In this document: positions 17,509-25,438 of the stretch, in pieces
How positions within the stretch are numbered: position 1 is the first letter of the stretch
How the letters are laid out: each line of letters opens with the position of its first letter
Source of the DNA: Candidatus Rokuibacteriota bacterium
Lineage (GTDB): Bacteria; Methylomirabilota; Methylomirabilia; Rokubacteriales; CSP1-6
Length of the DNA stretch: 64,000 nucleotides
NCBI GenBank assembly: GCA_016209385.1
Contig: JACQWB010000265.1
Location: 13,977-77,976 of the forward strand
Direction of reading: 5' to 3'
Made by a program: the position numbers and the translations under genes
The notes under the pieces: model-generated
The model's input: only the letters and a program-made list of their open reading frames with translations
Told to the model about the DNA's origin: nothing
Databases searched by the model: none

Positions 17509-17931
17509 TTATCCACGGATTCTCTCCTCCAGCTCCTGGATGCGGGCCTGGAGGGCCGCAACCTGGCGCTTCAGCTCTTCCAGGCTCCGCTCGAGGATTT
17601 CCCGCCGGCCTCGCTCATCGACCAGCAGAGTCTCGATCCGCCGGAGGGCCTGGAGGATCGCCTGATATTCTTGCTCCAGTCGTTCGAGGCGGCGGTAGAT
17701 CTCGTCGAAATGCCCCAGGATGTCTCGGAGCTGCTGCTCGATGGTGTCGAACCGCGCTTCGAAGCGCTGCTCCATGGACACAAACCGGCGGTCCATCTCG
17801 ATGAACCTGCGGTCCATCTCAACGAACCGGCCGTCGATCTGGGCAAAGCGGTCGTCAATCTCGCCAAACCGGCGACCGAGGAACTCAACGAGCTGCTGGT
17901 AGTCGCTATTGGGCATTGGGGGAGGTGCCAC
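17509..17931 (-). CDS. Small charged coiled-coil protein with internal 7-aa (21-bp) tandem repeats, of unknown function, lying between the glycan island and the flagellin gene
   Basis: Clean helical, charged sequence ...IDDRFAQIDGRFVEMDRRFIEMDRRFVSMEQRFEARFDTIEQQL...LEELKRQVAALQARIQELEERIRG. The plus-strand ORF over the same DNA translates to Cys/Arg/Pro-rich junk. Start uncertain: GTG at 17931 or ATG at 17916. Confidence 0.5.
   Translation of the reverse strand: MAPPPMPNSDYQQLVEFLGRRFGEIDDRFAQIDGRFVEMDRRFIEMDRRFVSMEQRFEARFDTIEQQLRDILGHFDEIYRRLERLEQEYQAILQALRRIETLLVDERGRREILERSLEELKRQVAALQARIQELEERIRG
17785..17880. repeat. Four to five 21-bp tandem repeats (GCGGTCCATCTCGATGAACCT-like) inside the coiled-coil CDS
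   Basis: Top strand reads gcggtccatctcgatgaacct / gcggtccatctcaacgaaccg / gccgtcgatctgggcaaagcg / gtcgtcaatctcgccaaaccg. These encode the DxRFxEM heptads. Confidence 0.7.
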
Positions 17932-18020
17932 CCGCGGAAACCCGCACCCCTCACTTCTACCCCAGACTCGCCCGCCTGTTCAAGTGTCTCGAAAAAGATG
18001 CACGAGGGTTGTCTCAGGCG

Positions 18021-18088
18021 GGGTCAGCTTTCCAGCTCTGCCTGCCGAACACTCCCCATGCGAACGCGCGTGGCCTCCGCCGAAGGGG
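18021..18088. repeat. Direct repeat copy B, about 130 bp upstream of the flagellin ATG
   Basis: See copy A. The two copies are 606 bp apart and flank the coiled-coil gene. Confidence 0.7.
18024..18051 (+). promoter_or_regulatory. Candidate sigma-28 (FliA)-like promoter for the flagellin gene, inside repeat copy B
   Basis: TCAGCTTT-N12-GCCGAACA, compared with the enteric class-3 consensus TAAAGTTT-N11-GCCGATAA. The -10 half matches 6/8. The identical motif is present in copy A at 17418..17445. Confidence 0.3.
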
Positions 18089-18158
18089 GGTGAGCTGGTG
18101 AGCTGAGACGGGGGCTGCGACACGAGACGAGTCAGCAGAGCGAAATTGCAAACTCTCT

Positions 18159-18192
18159 GGGCACGGATGCCCAGAAGCCGGGCATGCCCGGC
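18159..18192 (+). promoter_or_regulatory. Two adjacent GC hairpins in the flagellin 5' UTR, sharing a GGGCA/TGCCC core
   Basis: GGGCA-cgga-TGCCC at 18159..18172, and the perfect 16-bp palindrome GCCGGGCATGCCCGGC at 18177..18192. These are followed by the AAGGAGGA SD at 18201 and the ATG at 18219. Confidence 0.5.
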
Positions 18193-18218
18193 GAACAACC
18201 AAGGAGGAGAGCTTATCC

Positions 18219-19049
18219 ATGCCAGCTACCGGTGATCTGACACGGATTCGGACCAACCTCGCCGCCCTCAACGCCCTCGAAGCCCTCAGGCAGATCAACT
18301 CGCGCCTGGGCGTCGCCCAGTTGAGGCTCTCGACCGGGAGGCGGATCAACTCCGCGGCCGACGACCCCTCCGGGTTGACCTTGTCTAACAAGCTGGATGT
18401 CCAGGCCCGACGGATGGGCCAGGCCATCAGCAACATCGGCGACGCCGAGAACGTCCTGAACATCGCCGAGGGCGGGCTCCAGAACCTCCAGTCGCTCCTG
18501 AACGAGATGAGCGAAAAGGTCCTGCAGGCGGCCAACGACACCCAGGGCACCAACGAGCGGGCGTCCATCTTCCAGCAGCTCCAGCAGCTCGGGGAAGAGG
18601 TCGACTCGGTCGCCCGGCAGACCCAGTTTAACAACGTGGTCCTCCTGACCAACCAGACCATGACCTTCCAGAGCGGCCCGGACGGCGCCGACATCACCGT
18701 CTTTAGGATCTCAAGCGCCTTCACTTCCGCTGCCCTGTCGGTGAACAACCTGACGGTGGCGAGCCAGACCCTGGCCAGCACCTCGCTGGGCTCGGTCACC
18801 GCGGCTCTCAACTCGGTGTCCACCGTGCTCCAGCAGCTCGGTGCGTCGCTCCAGCGCATGCGCATCAAGGCCGACAACCTCTCGATCGGCAAGCTCAACG
18901 TTATCGCGGCTCAGAGCCGGATCATGGACGCCGACCTGGCGGCCGAGCAGCTTGAATCCTCCAAGCTGCAGATCCTCCAGCAGACGGCCACCGCCATGCT
19001 GGCCGCGGCCAACAACGGGCCAGCGTCGATCCTGGCCCTGTTCCAGTAA
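18219..19049 (+). CDS. fliC: Flagellin, a short 276-aa form containing only the D0/D1 domains
   Basis: N-terminal LTRIRTNLAALNALEALRQINSRLGVAQLRLSTGRRINSAADDPSGLTLSNKL and C-terminal LESSKLQILQQTATAMLAAANNGPASILALFQ are the canonical flagellin N and C helices. Strong SD. Confidence 0.9.
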   Translation: MPATGDLTRIRTNLAALNALEALRQINSRLGVAQLRLSTGRRINSAADDPSGLTLSNKLDVQARRMGQAISNIGDAENVLNIAEGGLQNLQSLLNEMSEKVLQAANDTQGTNERASIFQQLQQLGEEVDSVARQTQFNNVVLLTNQTMTFQSGPDGADITVFRISSAFTSAALSVNNLTVASQTLASTSLGSVTAALNSVSTVLQQLGASLQRMRIKADNLSIGKLNVIAAQSRIMDADLAAEQLESSKLQILQQTATAMLAAANNGPASILALFQ

Positions 19050-19057
19050 GCAAGAAG

Positions 19058-19104
19058 CGCTCGGGGAGCGCGGGAGGTCAGGGCAACCGGCCTCCCCGCT
19101 CTCC
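19058..19104 (+). terminator. GC-rich stem-loop after the flagellin stop. It lacks a clear U-tract, so it may be an intrinsic terminator or attenuator.
   Basis: cgctcggggagcgcgggagg-tcagggcaaccgg-cctccccgctc forms an imperfect 11-12 bp stem. Confidence 0.3.
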
Positions 19105-19141
19105 TGAGCGGGACCAATGAGACAAGGAGGCAAGCGCGAAG

Positions 19142-19465
19142 ATGCCCGCTACTGCTGAAAGCTACGCACGGACGGCATACCTCGAAACCCACACGCGGGG
19201 AATGTCTCCCCAGCAGGTGCTGCTCCAGCTCTACGATATCGCCATCGCCGGCTGCGTGGCCCGGGACATGCGCCGGGCCAGCGCCGCGCTGGTGGAGCTG
19301 ATCGCCGCCCTCGACTTCAGCTATGAGGAGATCGCCCGCGGCCTCTACCGGCTCTACGAGTACGCGCTCCGGGAAGTCAAGGCGGAGCGTTACGAAACTC
19401 CGATCAACATCCTCCGTGAGCTCCGGGACACCTGGGAGCAGGCCTTCGCCGCGATGCCTGGATAG
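19142..19465 (+). CDS. fliS: Flagellar export chaperone FliS
   Basis: 107 aa. LLQLYDIAIAGCV...LIAALDFSYEEIARGLYRLYEYALREV is typical of FliS. AAGGAGG SD. Confidence 0.8.
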   Translation: MPATAESYARTAYLETHTRGMSPQQVLLQLYDIAIAGCVARDMRRASAALVELIAALDFSYEEIARGLYRLYEYALREVKAERYETPINILRELRDTWEQAFAAMPG

Positions 19466-19468
19466 TCC

Positions 19469-20911
19469 ATGGCCGATATCACCGCGATCGGGACCCTCGC
19501 CACGCCGGCTCAGCTGGCCGAGCTGGCCAGGCGGCTCCTGGCGAGGGACCGCGTGCCGCTCCAGGCGCTCCAGGATCGGCAGAGCCTGCTCAACAAGCGC
19601 TCATCGGTCCTGGGGACGCTCCGGGGCAAGCTCTCCCTGCTCAAGGGCGCCCTGGATCAGTTTCTCCAGCCGGGGACCCTCTCCCCCTTCGCGGCCAAGA
19701 GCGCTACCTCGAGCGACACGGCGCTCCTGGGCGCGGCCGCGTCCACGAGCGCGAGCGCGGGAAGCCACACCGTCGTCGTGAACCAGCTCGCGAAGCGAAG
19801 CACGTTCGCGTCGGCGGTCTACACGGACAGCGGCACCGCGATCTCCGGGGCGGGCACCGGGACGTTCAACTTCACGCTGACGATCAACGGCACTGCGTAC
19901 ACGGCCTCGGTCACCGTCAATGCGGGGGACACGGATCGGACGGTTCTCAGTAACGTGGCAACGGCCATCACCAACGCCGTATCCGGGAAAGCCACGGCCG
20001 TCGTGGTGGCTACCGAGAGCGGGAAGTCGCGGCTGTCGCTGGCCAGCACAGAGACGGGGACCGCCAACAATATCGCCTTCACCGACACCGACGGCCTCCT
20101 GGGCCGGCTCGGCCTGACCAACGCGACCGCGGCCACCGACACGGACGGGGGGTACATCTACAAAGACCTCGGCAACCACGAGCTGGACGCCAAGGTCACG
20201 CTCAACGGCCTCACCTACTACCGGGAGTCCAACACGATCTCGGACCTGATCGCGGGGCTCACCTTCACCCTGAAGGCGGCCGATGCCTCGAAAACCGTGA
20301 CGGTCAACGTGGAGCCCGATGCCGACGGCATCCTCGCGAAGATCAAGGACTTCATCACGAAGTACAACGACGTCCTCGACTTCCTCGCCGCGAACAGCGC
20401 GGTGGACACCAAAGCGGGCACGCGCGGGGTTCTGTCGCTGGACCCGGTGGTGTCGGGATTCCGGAGCCAGCTCCGATCGCTGGCGGCGACCGTGGTCGGC
20501 TCGGCGGCGAGCGGCGACCCGAACAGCCTGCCTGCCCTGGGCATTCTGGCCGGCGCCGACGGCAAGCTCTCGATCTCCAACGAGACGACCCTCAAGGACA
20601 CGATCAAGTCCGACCCCACGGCGGTCTCGACGGTCTTCGCGGCGACCTCTGACGGTGTGGCCACCAAGATCGAGGACTTCATCGACGACTACACGGGCGC
20701 CGGCGGCCGCATCAGCGCCACCCAGACCCAGCTCTCGACCCGGATCAGGGGGCTCGACACTCAGATCGCGCGGATGAAGGCAGCGCTGGAGAAAAAACAG
20801 CTCGCGCTCCAGCAGCAGCTCGCCCGTGACCAGTCGGTGCTCGTCGCCCTGAACCGGCAGCTCGCCCAGGTCCAGAAGTTCTTCACCACGCTGTCGGGGA
20901 CGACGACATAG
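19469..20911 (+). CDS. fliD: Flagellar filament cap protein FliD (HAP2)
   Basis: N-terminal helices with SLLNKRSSVLGTLRGKLSLLKGALDQF. C-terminal TQTQLSTRIRGLDTQIARMKAALEKKQLALQQQLARDQSVLVALNRQLAQVQ coiled coil. Confidence 0.85.
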   Translation: MADITAIGTLATPAQLAELARRLLARDRVPLQALQDRQSLLNKRSSVLGTLRGKLSLLKGALDQFLQPGTLSPFAAKSATSSDTALLGAAASTSASAGSHTVVVNQLAKRSTFASAVYTDSGTAISGAGTGTFNFTLTINGTAYTASVTVNAGDTDRTVLSNVATAITNAVSGKATAVVVATESGKSRLSLASTETGTANNIAFTDTDGLLGRLGLTNATAATDTDGGYIYKDLGNHELDAKVTLNGLTYYRESNTISDLIAGLTFTLKAADASKTVTVNVEPDADGILAKIKDFITKYNDVLDFLAANSAVDTKAGTRGVLSLDPVVSGFRSQLRSLAATVVGSAASGDPNSLPALGILAGADGKLSISNETTLKDTIKSDPTAVSTVFAATSDGVATKIEDFIDDYTGAGGRISATQTQLSTRIRGLDTQIARMKAALEKKQLALQQQLARDQSVLVALNRQLAQVQKFFTTLSGTTT

Positions 20912-20927
20912 GAAGGGGGGGACAACG

Positions 20928-21206
20928 ATGGTGGACGCGGTGCGGCCGATCCCGTCGGCGCGAGGAGGCCTCCCCGGTCTGCTCTCCCGGCCCTCGGGGA
21001 GCGGAGGGCCGAGGCCTGAGCCCGACAGGGTCCGGCCAACCTCAACCCGGGTGGCGTTTTCCCCGCGGGAGAACGGGGACATTCTTGTTCGGGTGCTCGA
21101 CGGAGCCACAGGCGAGCTGATCCGGCAGATTCCGCCGGAGGCGGAGCTGAAGCTGGCTGCCGCCGTCACCGCTCTCGCCCGACGCTTCCTGGGTCTGGAT
21201 GGCTGA
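20928..21206 (+). CDS. flaG: FlaG-family flagellar protein
   Basis: 92 aa. The C-terminal block ILVRVLDGATGELIRQIPPEAELKLAAAV matches the FlaG signature (VxVxDxxTGEVIRQIP). Confidence 0.7.
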   Translation: MVDAVRPIPSARGGLPGLLSRPSGSGGPRPEPDRVRPTSTRVAFSPRENGDILVRVLDGATGELIRQIPPEAELKLAAAVTALARRFLGLDG

Positions 21207-21546
21207 CGACCCGCTCGCCCTGGCCAACGCCCTGCAGGCGCTCACCGAAGCGCTGGTGCAGAGCCTGGAGGACGACGCGGGGGATCCCGCGTCCATCGTC
21301 GAGCGTCGGGCGGCTTTGCTGGGCGCTGCTTTCGAAGGACAACCCCTCGACGGGGACCGACGCGCTCAACTCCAGGCTGTTCGGGCCGCGGTTGAAGCGC
21401 TGGAACGATCCGCGCGTAGCACCCTCAGCCAGCGCATCGCCCAGACCAAGGCGGCCCTGATCGCCGTGGAGGCCGGCTGGACAGCGACCCGTACCTATCT
21501 CGAAGAGCGCGCGCTGCCGCCGCTCCTCCTGGATCGGCAAGAGTGA
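21199..21546 (+). CDS. Small all-helical hypothetical protein. It sits where a FliT/FlgN-like chaperone would be expected.
   Basis: 115 aa, helical and acidic. It overlaps the flaG stop by 8 nt and its stop overlaps the downstream GTG. Confidence 0.4.
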   Translation: MADDPLALANALQALTEALVQSLEDDAGDPASIVERRAALLGAAFEGQPLDGDRRAQLQAVRAAVEALERSARSTLSQRIAQTKAALIAVEAGWTATRTYLEERALPPLLLDRQE

Positions 21547-23525
21547 GGCTGGCCACGGCCATGAGCGACGAGGCGCGGACCGACCGCCAATCGGGAGGCC
21601 CGGTCGAGCGACTGGCTCGCCTGGCCCAATCCATCGGCGAGAGTCGCGCGACGACGTCCGCCCTCAGGGCCGTCGCCCGTGCCGCGGCTGACCTTTTCGG
21701 CTTCTCCCGCGTGTGGATCTGGCGAGTCGACCATCGCCACGGTCGCCTGTTGACCCTCGCCGCCATGGACGGCGGCGAGCGGACAGAAGAAATCCTGCTC
21801 CAGTCCGGGCTGCTCAGGACCGTGTGTGAGGACCGCGTGCCGCGCCTTCGGGTGGACGTGAGCGAGGAAAAGCTCGGGGCAAAGCTCGATCTTCCCGGGA
21901 CGGCTGGGATGGCGGGTGCCCTGCTCCCTCTCCTCTCCGGTGGGGAGCTGGAGGGTCTCCTCCTGGGAGTCTGGGAGGGCGGAGGGCCCGGCTGCCTGTC
22001 AAGCCTCCCTGCGCTCCTCACCCTGGCTGCCGAGGCTGGGCTCCTGGTTCGGCTGGACCGGCTCGTCCGGGAGCAGGAGCAGCTCGGGGCACAATACGCC
22101 GCGCTGGCGGACCAGCTCCACGCCGGGGTCGCCGTCATCACGCGGCAACACGACTTCCTCTACACCAACGCTCGCTTCTGGCAGCTCCTTGGCCTCCCCC
22201 CCGAACACGTACAACGGCTCAGCGTGGAGGAGTTGATCCCGGACCCGACCGGACAAGCTCAGGTCCGGGAGTTCCTCCATCAGGCGTGGGCCCAGCCGCG
22301 CGAGAGCACGTTAAGAGGGCTCAGCCTTCGACGGGCGACCGGGCCCGCGGCGACGGTCACCCTCAGCGCTCAGCGGCTCCCGCTCGGAGCCAGCGTGGCC
22401 CTCCAGCTCGTCGTGGCTCAGGCTGCTGATCAACCGCGCGAGGAGCTGGCGGCCGGCGACCCCCTCCGGGCCTTCGGGCTCTACCTGGCCGGCCTGGCCA
22501 ACGATCTCAAGGGGCCCCTGACCGCTTACCTGGGACACTTGAAGCTCCTGGGAGACCGTAAGGACCTGCCGACCGATCTCCGGGAAGCCTTCCATCTCTA
22601 CCGCGAGGTCACGGCCGAGGTTCTCGCGCGAATCTCCCGCACCATGGAATGGGGGAGACGGTTCCCGGTCAAGGAGCCGGTGGACCTTCGGGCCGTGGTG
22701 CAGGACGCCGTGGCCACCATCGAGGGGGGCGATCTCCCCGACACAGTCCAGCTCATCGTGGAGGCCGAGCCCGTCTGGCCGGTCAACGGCATGGCCGACC
22801 AGCTCCAGGTGGCGATCGAGGCGCTGCTCCGGAACGCGTGCGAGGCGCTTGTGGACCGGGGCGGGACGATTCGGGTGAGCTGCACGATGCGGGGCGACAC
22901 GGTGTCGGTCGCGGTCTCGGACTCGGGCGAGGGAATTCCCGAATCGATCCTCCCCTATATCTTCGACCCGTTCTCGTCAACCAAGGGCGCCGGCGAGGGG
23001 CGCGGGCTGGGTCTGGCCATTGTGAAGGAGATTGCCGCCCGCCACGGCGGGAGGGTCGAGGCCCGTTCCGAGCCCGGCCGGGGGACCACGGTCAGCCTCG
23101 CGTTCCCGCGACTGGCCCAGGCAAAAGCCGACGCCGGAAGCCCGGCGAACCGGCAGACCGTCTTGCTCGTGGATGACGATGCGGGGATCCGGGAGAGCTA
23201 CCGGCTCATGCTGGAGGCGGCTCGGTATCGTGTGGCGACGGCCATGGACGCCGACGACGCGCTCCGACAGATCGCCGTGGAGGCACCGGATATCCTCCTC
23301 ATCGACGTCCAGATGCCAGGCCGGGACGGCGTGGCTCTCGTCGAGGCGCTGAGGAAGTGGCATCCGGAATACCTGGGGCGAACCGTGCTCCACACGGCCT
23401 ATGCCCACGAGGCCAGGGTGCGGGACACGGCACGGCGGTGCGGGGTCATGCTGCTCGAGAAGCCCTGCGATCCGGAGATTCTGTTCAAGACGCTCGCCCG
23501 CCTCGGGCGTCGTGACCACGCCTGA
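21543..23525 (+). CDS. Hybrid sensor histidine kinase, with domains GAF, PAS, HisKA, HATPase_c and a C-terminal receiver
   Basis: GAF-like LRAVARAAADLFGFSRVWIWRV. Phosphorylated-His box LANDLKGPLTAYLGHLKLL. ATPase G-boxes DSGEGIPESILPYIFDPFSSTKGAGEGRGLGLAIV. Receiver LLVDDDAGIRESY...DILLIDVQMPGRDG. Start GTG at 21543 or ATG at 21561. Confidence 0.8.
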   Translation: MRLATAMSDEARTDRQSGGPVERLARLAQSIGESRATTSALRAVARAAADLFGFSRVWIWRVDHRHGRLLTLAAMDGGERTEEILLQSGLLRTVCEDRVPRLRVDVSEEKLGAKLDLPGTAGMAGALLPLLSGGELEGLLLGVWEGGGPGCLSSLPALLTLAAEAGLLVRLDRLVREQEQLGAQYAALADQLHAGVAVITRQHDFLYTNARFWQLLGLPPEHVQRLSVEELIPDPTGQAQVREFLHQAWAQPRESTLRGLSLRRATGPAATVTLSAQRLPLGASVALQLVVAQAADQPREELAAGDPLRAFGLYLAGLANDLKGPLTAYLGHLKLLGDRKDLPTDLREAFHLYREVTAEVLARISRTMEWGRRFPVKEPVDLRAVVQDAVATIEGGDLPDTVQLIVEAEPVWPVNGMADQLQVAIEALLRNACEALVDRGGTIRVSCTMRGDTVSVAVSDSGEGIPESILPYIFDPFSSTKGAGEGRGLGLAIVKEIAARHGGRVEARSEPGRGTTVSLAFPRLAQAKADAGSPANRQTVLLVDDDAGIRESYRLMLEAARYRVATAMDADDALRQIAVEAPDILLIDVQMPGRDGVALVEALRKWHPEYLGRTVLHTAYAHEARVRDTARRCGVMLLEKPCDPEILFKTLARLGRRDHA

Positions 23526-23555
23526 CGCGCGGCCGACGAGCCGCCCCATGGATCC

Positions 23556-25418
23556 GTGCGACCTGTGAGCCGCTCCCTGATCCGGCGGCTCCTGTTTGGC
23601 CCGCTCTACGTCGCCACCAACAACCACCCTGACGCGTACGGCGCTCACAGCGCCCTGCTGACAGCGCTCCGGTCCCTCGATACGCTGACATTCGGCGGGC
23701 CGGGCGCGGACATCCCGTACGGTCCGAGCCGGGAGCCGCTCGAGGCGCTGTTCGCCCGTCTGCCTGCGGGGTGGACGCCGGACGCGCTCCTCTGGTGGGC
23801 GCTCGAGTACACTGTGGTCCCGCCGGACCTCTGTCGCGCTCCGATGCCGTCCATCGCGCTCCTCAACGACTGGAACTTCAACCTCTGGGGGACGGCCGGC
23901 GTCCTCGGCATGTTCGATCTCGTGCTCACGGATCGTCCGGGTGCCCGGATCCTGCCGGGCCTCGGCTACGACCACATCGAGGCGTGGCGCGCCCACAGCT
24001 TCGACCCGACCTTCCACCGGCGCCTCGCCGGGATCCCCCGCGACATCGACATCCTGTTCGTCGGGAATCTCAACGGCGAGATCTATCGAGAGCGCTGCCG
24101 CTACGTCGCCCGCCTGGCCAGCCTGGCCGATCAGTATCGGGTCGCGATCGCCGGCGGCGTCCACGGCGAGCCCTACGTCCGCCTGCTCAACCGGGCCCGC
24201 ATCGTGCTCAACCACGGCTACCGGCACGAGCTGAACATGCGGGCCTACGAAGCCGCGGCCTGCGGCGCGCTGCTCCTCCAGGAACGCGGCAACGAGCTGG
24301 AGGAGATTTTCTCGGACGGCGTGCACGCGGTCTTCTACGGGGAGGACGACTTGGAGGAACTGCTCGATTACTACCTCGAGCACGAGGCCGCGCGGGCGGC
24401 CGTGGCGGAGCGCGGCTGCGCCCGCATCCAGGGCGAGACCGCCGCCGACCACCTCGCGACCCTCCTCGACCGGGTCGCGCGTCTGCGGGGTCGCCCGAGG
24501 GCGGCGCGTCAGTTCGGGACCCTCCCCGCCGAGGAGCGCGCCTGGCGGATCGGCCTCAAGGCGTTTCACAGCGCGGACCCTCACGGCGAGGTGCTCGCAA
24601 CCCGGATGCTGGCGACGATCCGGGGGCGGGAGGCGCTGAGTCGCGTGAGCGGGACACTCGCGAGCATCTTCGGAATGGGGGCGGCCAGCAACCCGGCCCG
24701 GAGCGACCTGGCGAGCGCGGCCCGCCAGTGGGCAGCCCGCGCCCTGGCCCTGGACCCCGAGGATCCGATCCACCGCACGCGCGTGGCCGAGCTGGCGCTC
24801 GCCGACGGGGACCGCGCCGCGGCGATCGAGCATTTCCGCGCGGCGACGCACCTCCCCCTGCGCGCGATCTCGCTCCCCTACCCGTATCCGACGGACCGCT
24901 TCCGCGTCGAATGGGACCATGCGGTAGCCGACGCCCCCCGCGAGTTTCGCGCAACGCTTCAGCGCCTGGTCCGGGCCCGGGCCCTCCACCGCCTCGCCGA
25001 CGTCCTCACGGGCGACGGGAAGACGGTCGAGGCGATCGCCCGGCTCGAGCTTTCGAGCGCGCTCGCCCCCCACCTCTGCGGGAACACGCTGGCGCTGGCC
25101 CGTCTCCACGCCCGCACCGGGGATCTGGAGGCCGCCACCGAGCGGTACGCGGAGTACCTGAGCGAGTGCCCGCTCGACCTCATGGCCCGGCAGGAACTTG
25201 GCGACGCGCTGGTCTCGCTGAATGCCCCTCAGGCTGAGGCGTTCCTTGAGGAAACGCTCCGGCTGCTGAGGGCGATGGAGTCGTTCGAGCCGAGTGGCGT
25301 CGGCCATGCCGTGGGGCAGGCCCGTCACGAGGCGAGGCCCGAATTAATCTTGGAGGGAGAAAGCGACCTCGCGGCCATTCCGGTCAGCGAGGCCGGTTTG
25401 CTGGCCGCCACGCCCTAG
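23556..25418 (+). CDS. CgeB-like (DUF3880/GT-B) domain protein with C-terminal TPR repeats, a candidate protein glycosyltransferase
   Basis: Aa ~70-330 are collinear with the CgeB-like blocks of the ORFs at 112 and 8881 (PAGWTPDALLWW..., RARIVLNHGYRHELNMRAYEAAACGALLLQERG...LEELLDYYLEHEAARAAVAERG). The C-terminal 250 aa are TPR-like. GTG start. Confidence 0.7.
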   Translation: MRPVSRSLIRRLLFGPLYVATNNHPDAYGAHSALLTALRSLDTLTFGGPGADIPYGPSREPLEALFARLPAGWTPDALLWWALEYTVVPPDLCRAPMPSIALLNDWNFNLWGTAGVLGMFDLVLTDRPGARILPGLGYDHIEAWRAHSFDPTFHRRLAGIPRDIDILFVGNLNGEIYRERCRYVARLASLADQYRVAIAGGVHGEPYVRLLNRARIVLNHGYRHELNMRAYEAAACGALLLQERGNELEEIFSDGVHAVFYGEDDLEELLDYYLEHEAARAAVAERGCARIQGETAADHLATLLDRVARLRGRPRAARQFGTLPAEERAWRIGLKAFHSADPHGEVLATRMLATIRGREALSRVSGTLASIFGMGAASNPARSDLASAARQWAARALALDPEDPIHRTRVAELALADGDRAAAIEHFRAATHLPLRAISLPYPYPTDRFRVEWDHAVADAPREFRATLQRLVRARALHRLADVLTGDGKTVEAIARLELSSALAPHLCGNTLALARLHARTGDLEAATERYAEYLSECPLDLMARQELGDALVSLNAPQAEAFLEETLRLLRAMESFEPSGVGHAVGQARHEARPELILEGESDLAAIPVSEAGLLAATP

Positions 25419-25438
25419 CCGGGCCGCGGCGAGGCGGG

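Noticed and set aside
17374-18093. 239-aa plus-strand ORF overlapping the coiled-coil gene
   Set aside because: The translation is Cys/Arg/Pro-rich with no fold-like features. The minus-strand frame gives a clean charged coiled coil with heptad repeats, so the plus ORF is judged spurious. It would, however, lie downstream of repeat copy A.
18150-18175. Possible sigma-54 (-24/-12) promoter CTGGGCACGGATGCCC before flagellin
   Set aside because: The GG and GC elements are not at the obligatory 10-nt spacing of TGGCAC-N5-TTGC. The hairpin reading fits better.
19601-21169. 522-aa minus-strand ORF antisense to fliD and flaG
   Set aside because: The plus-strand genes have canonical FliD and FlaG motifs. 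The antisense ORF is low-complexity.
22977-25328. 783-aa minus-strand ORF spanning the hybrid kinase and the CgeB-like/TPR genes
   Set aside because: Antisense to two plus-strand genes with clear motifs. The translation is Arg/Gly/Pro-rich without recognisable domains.
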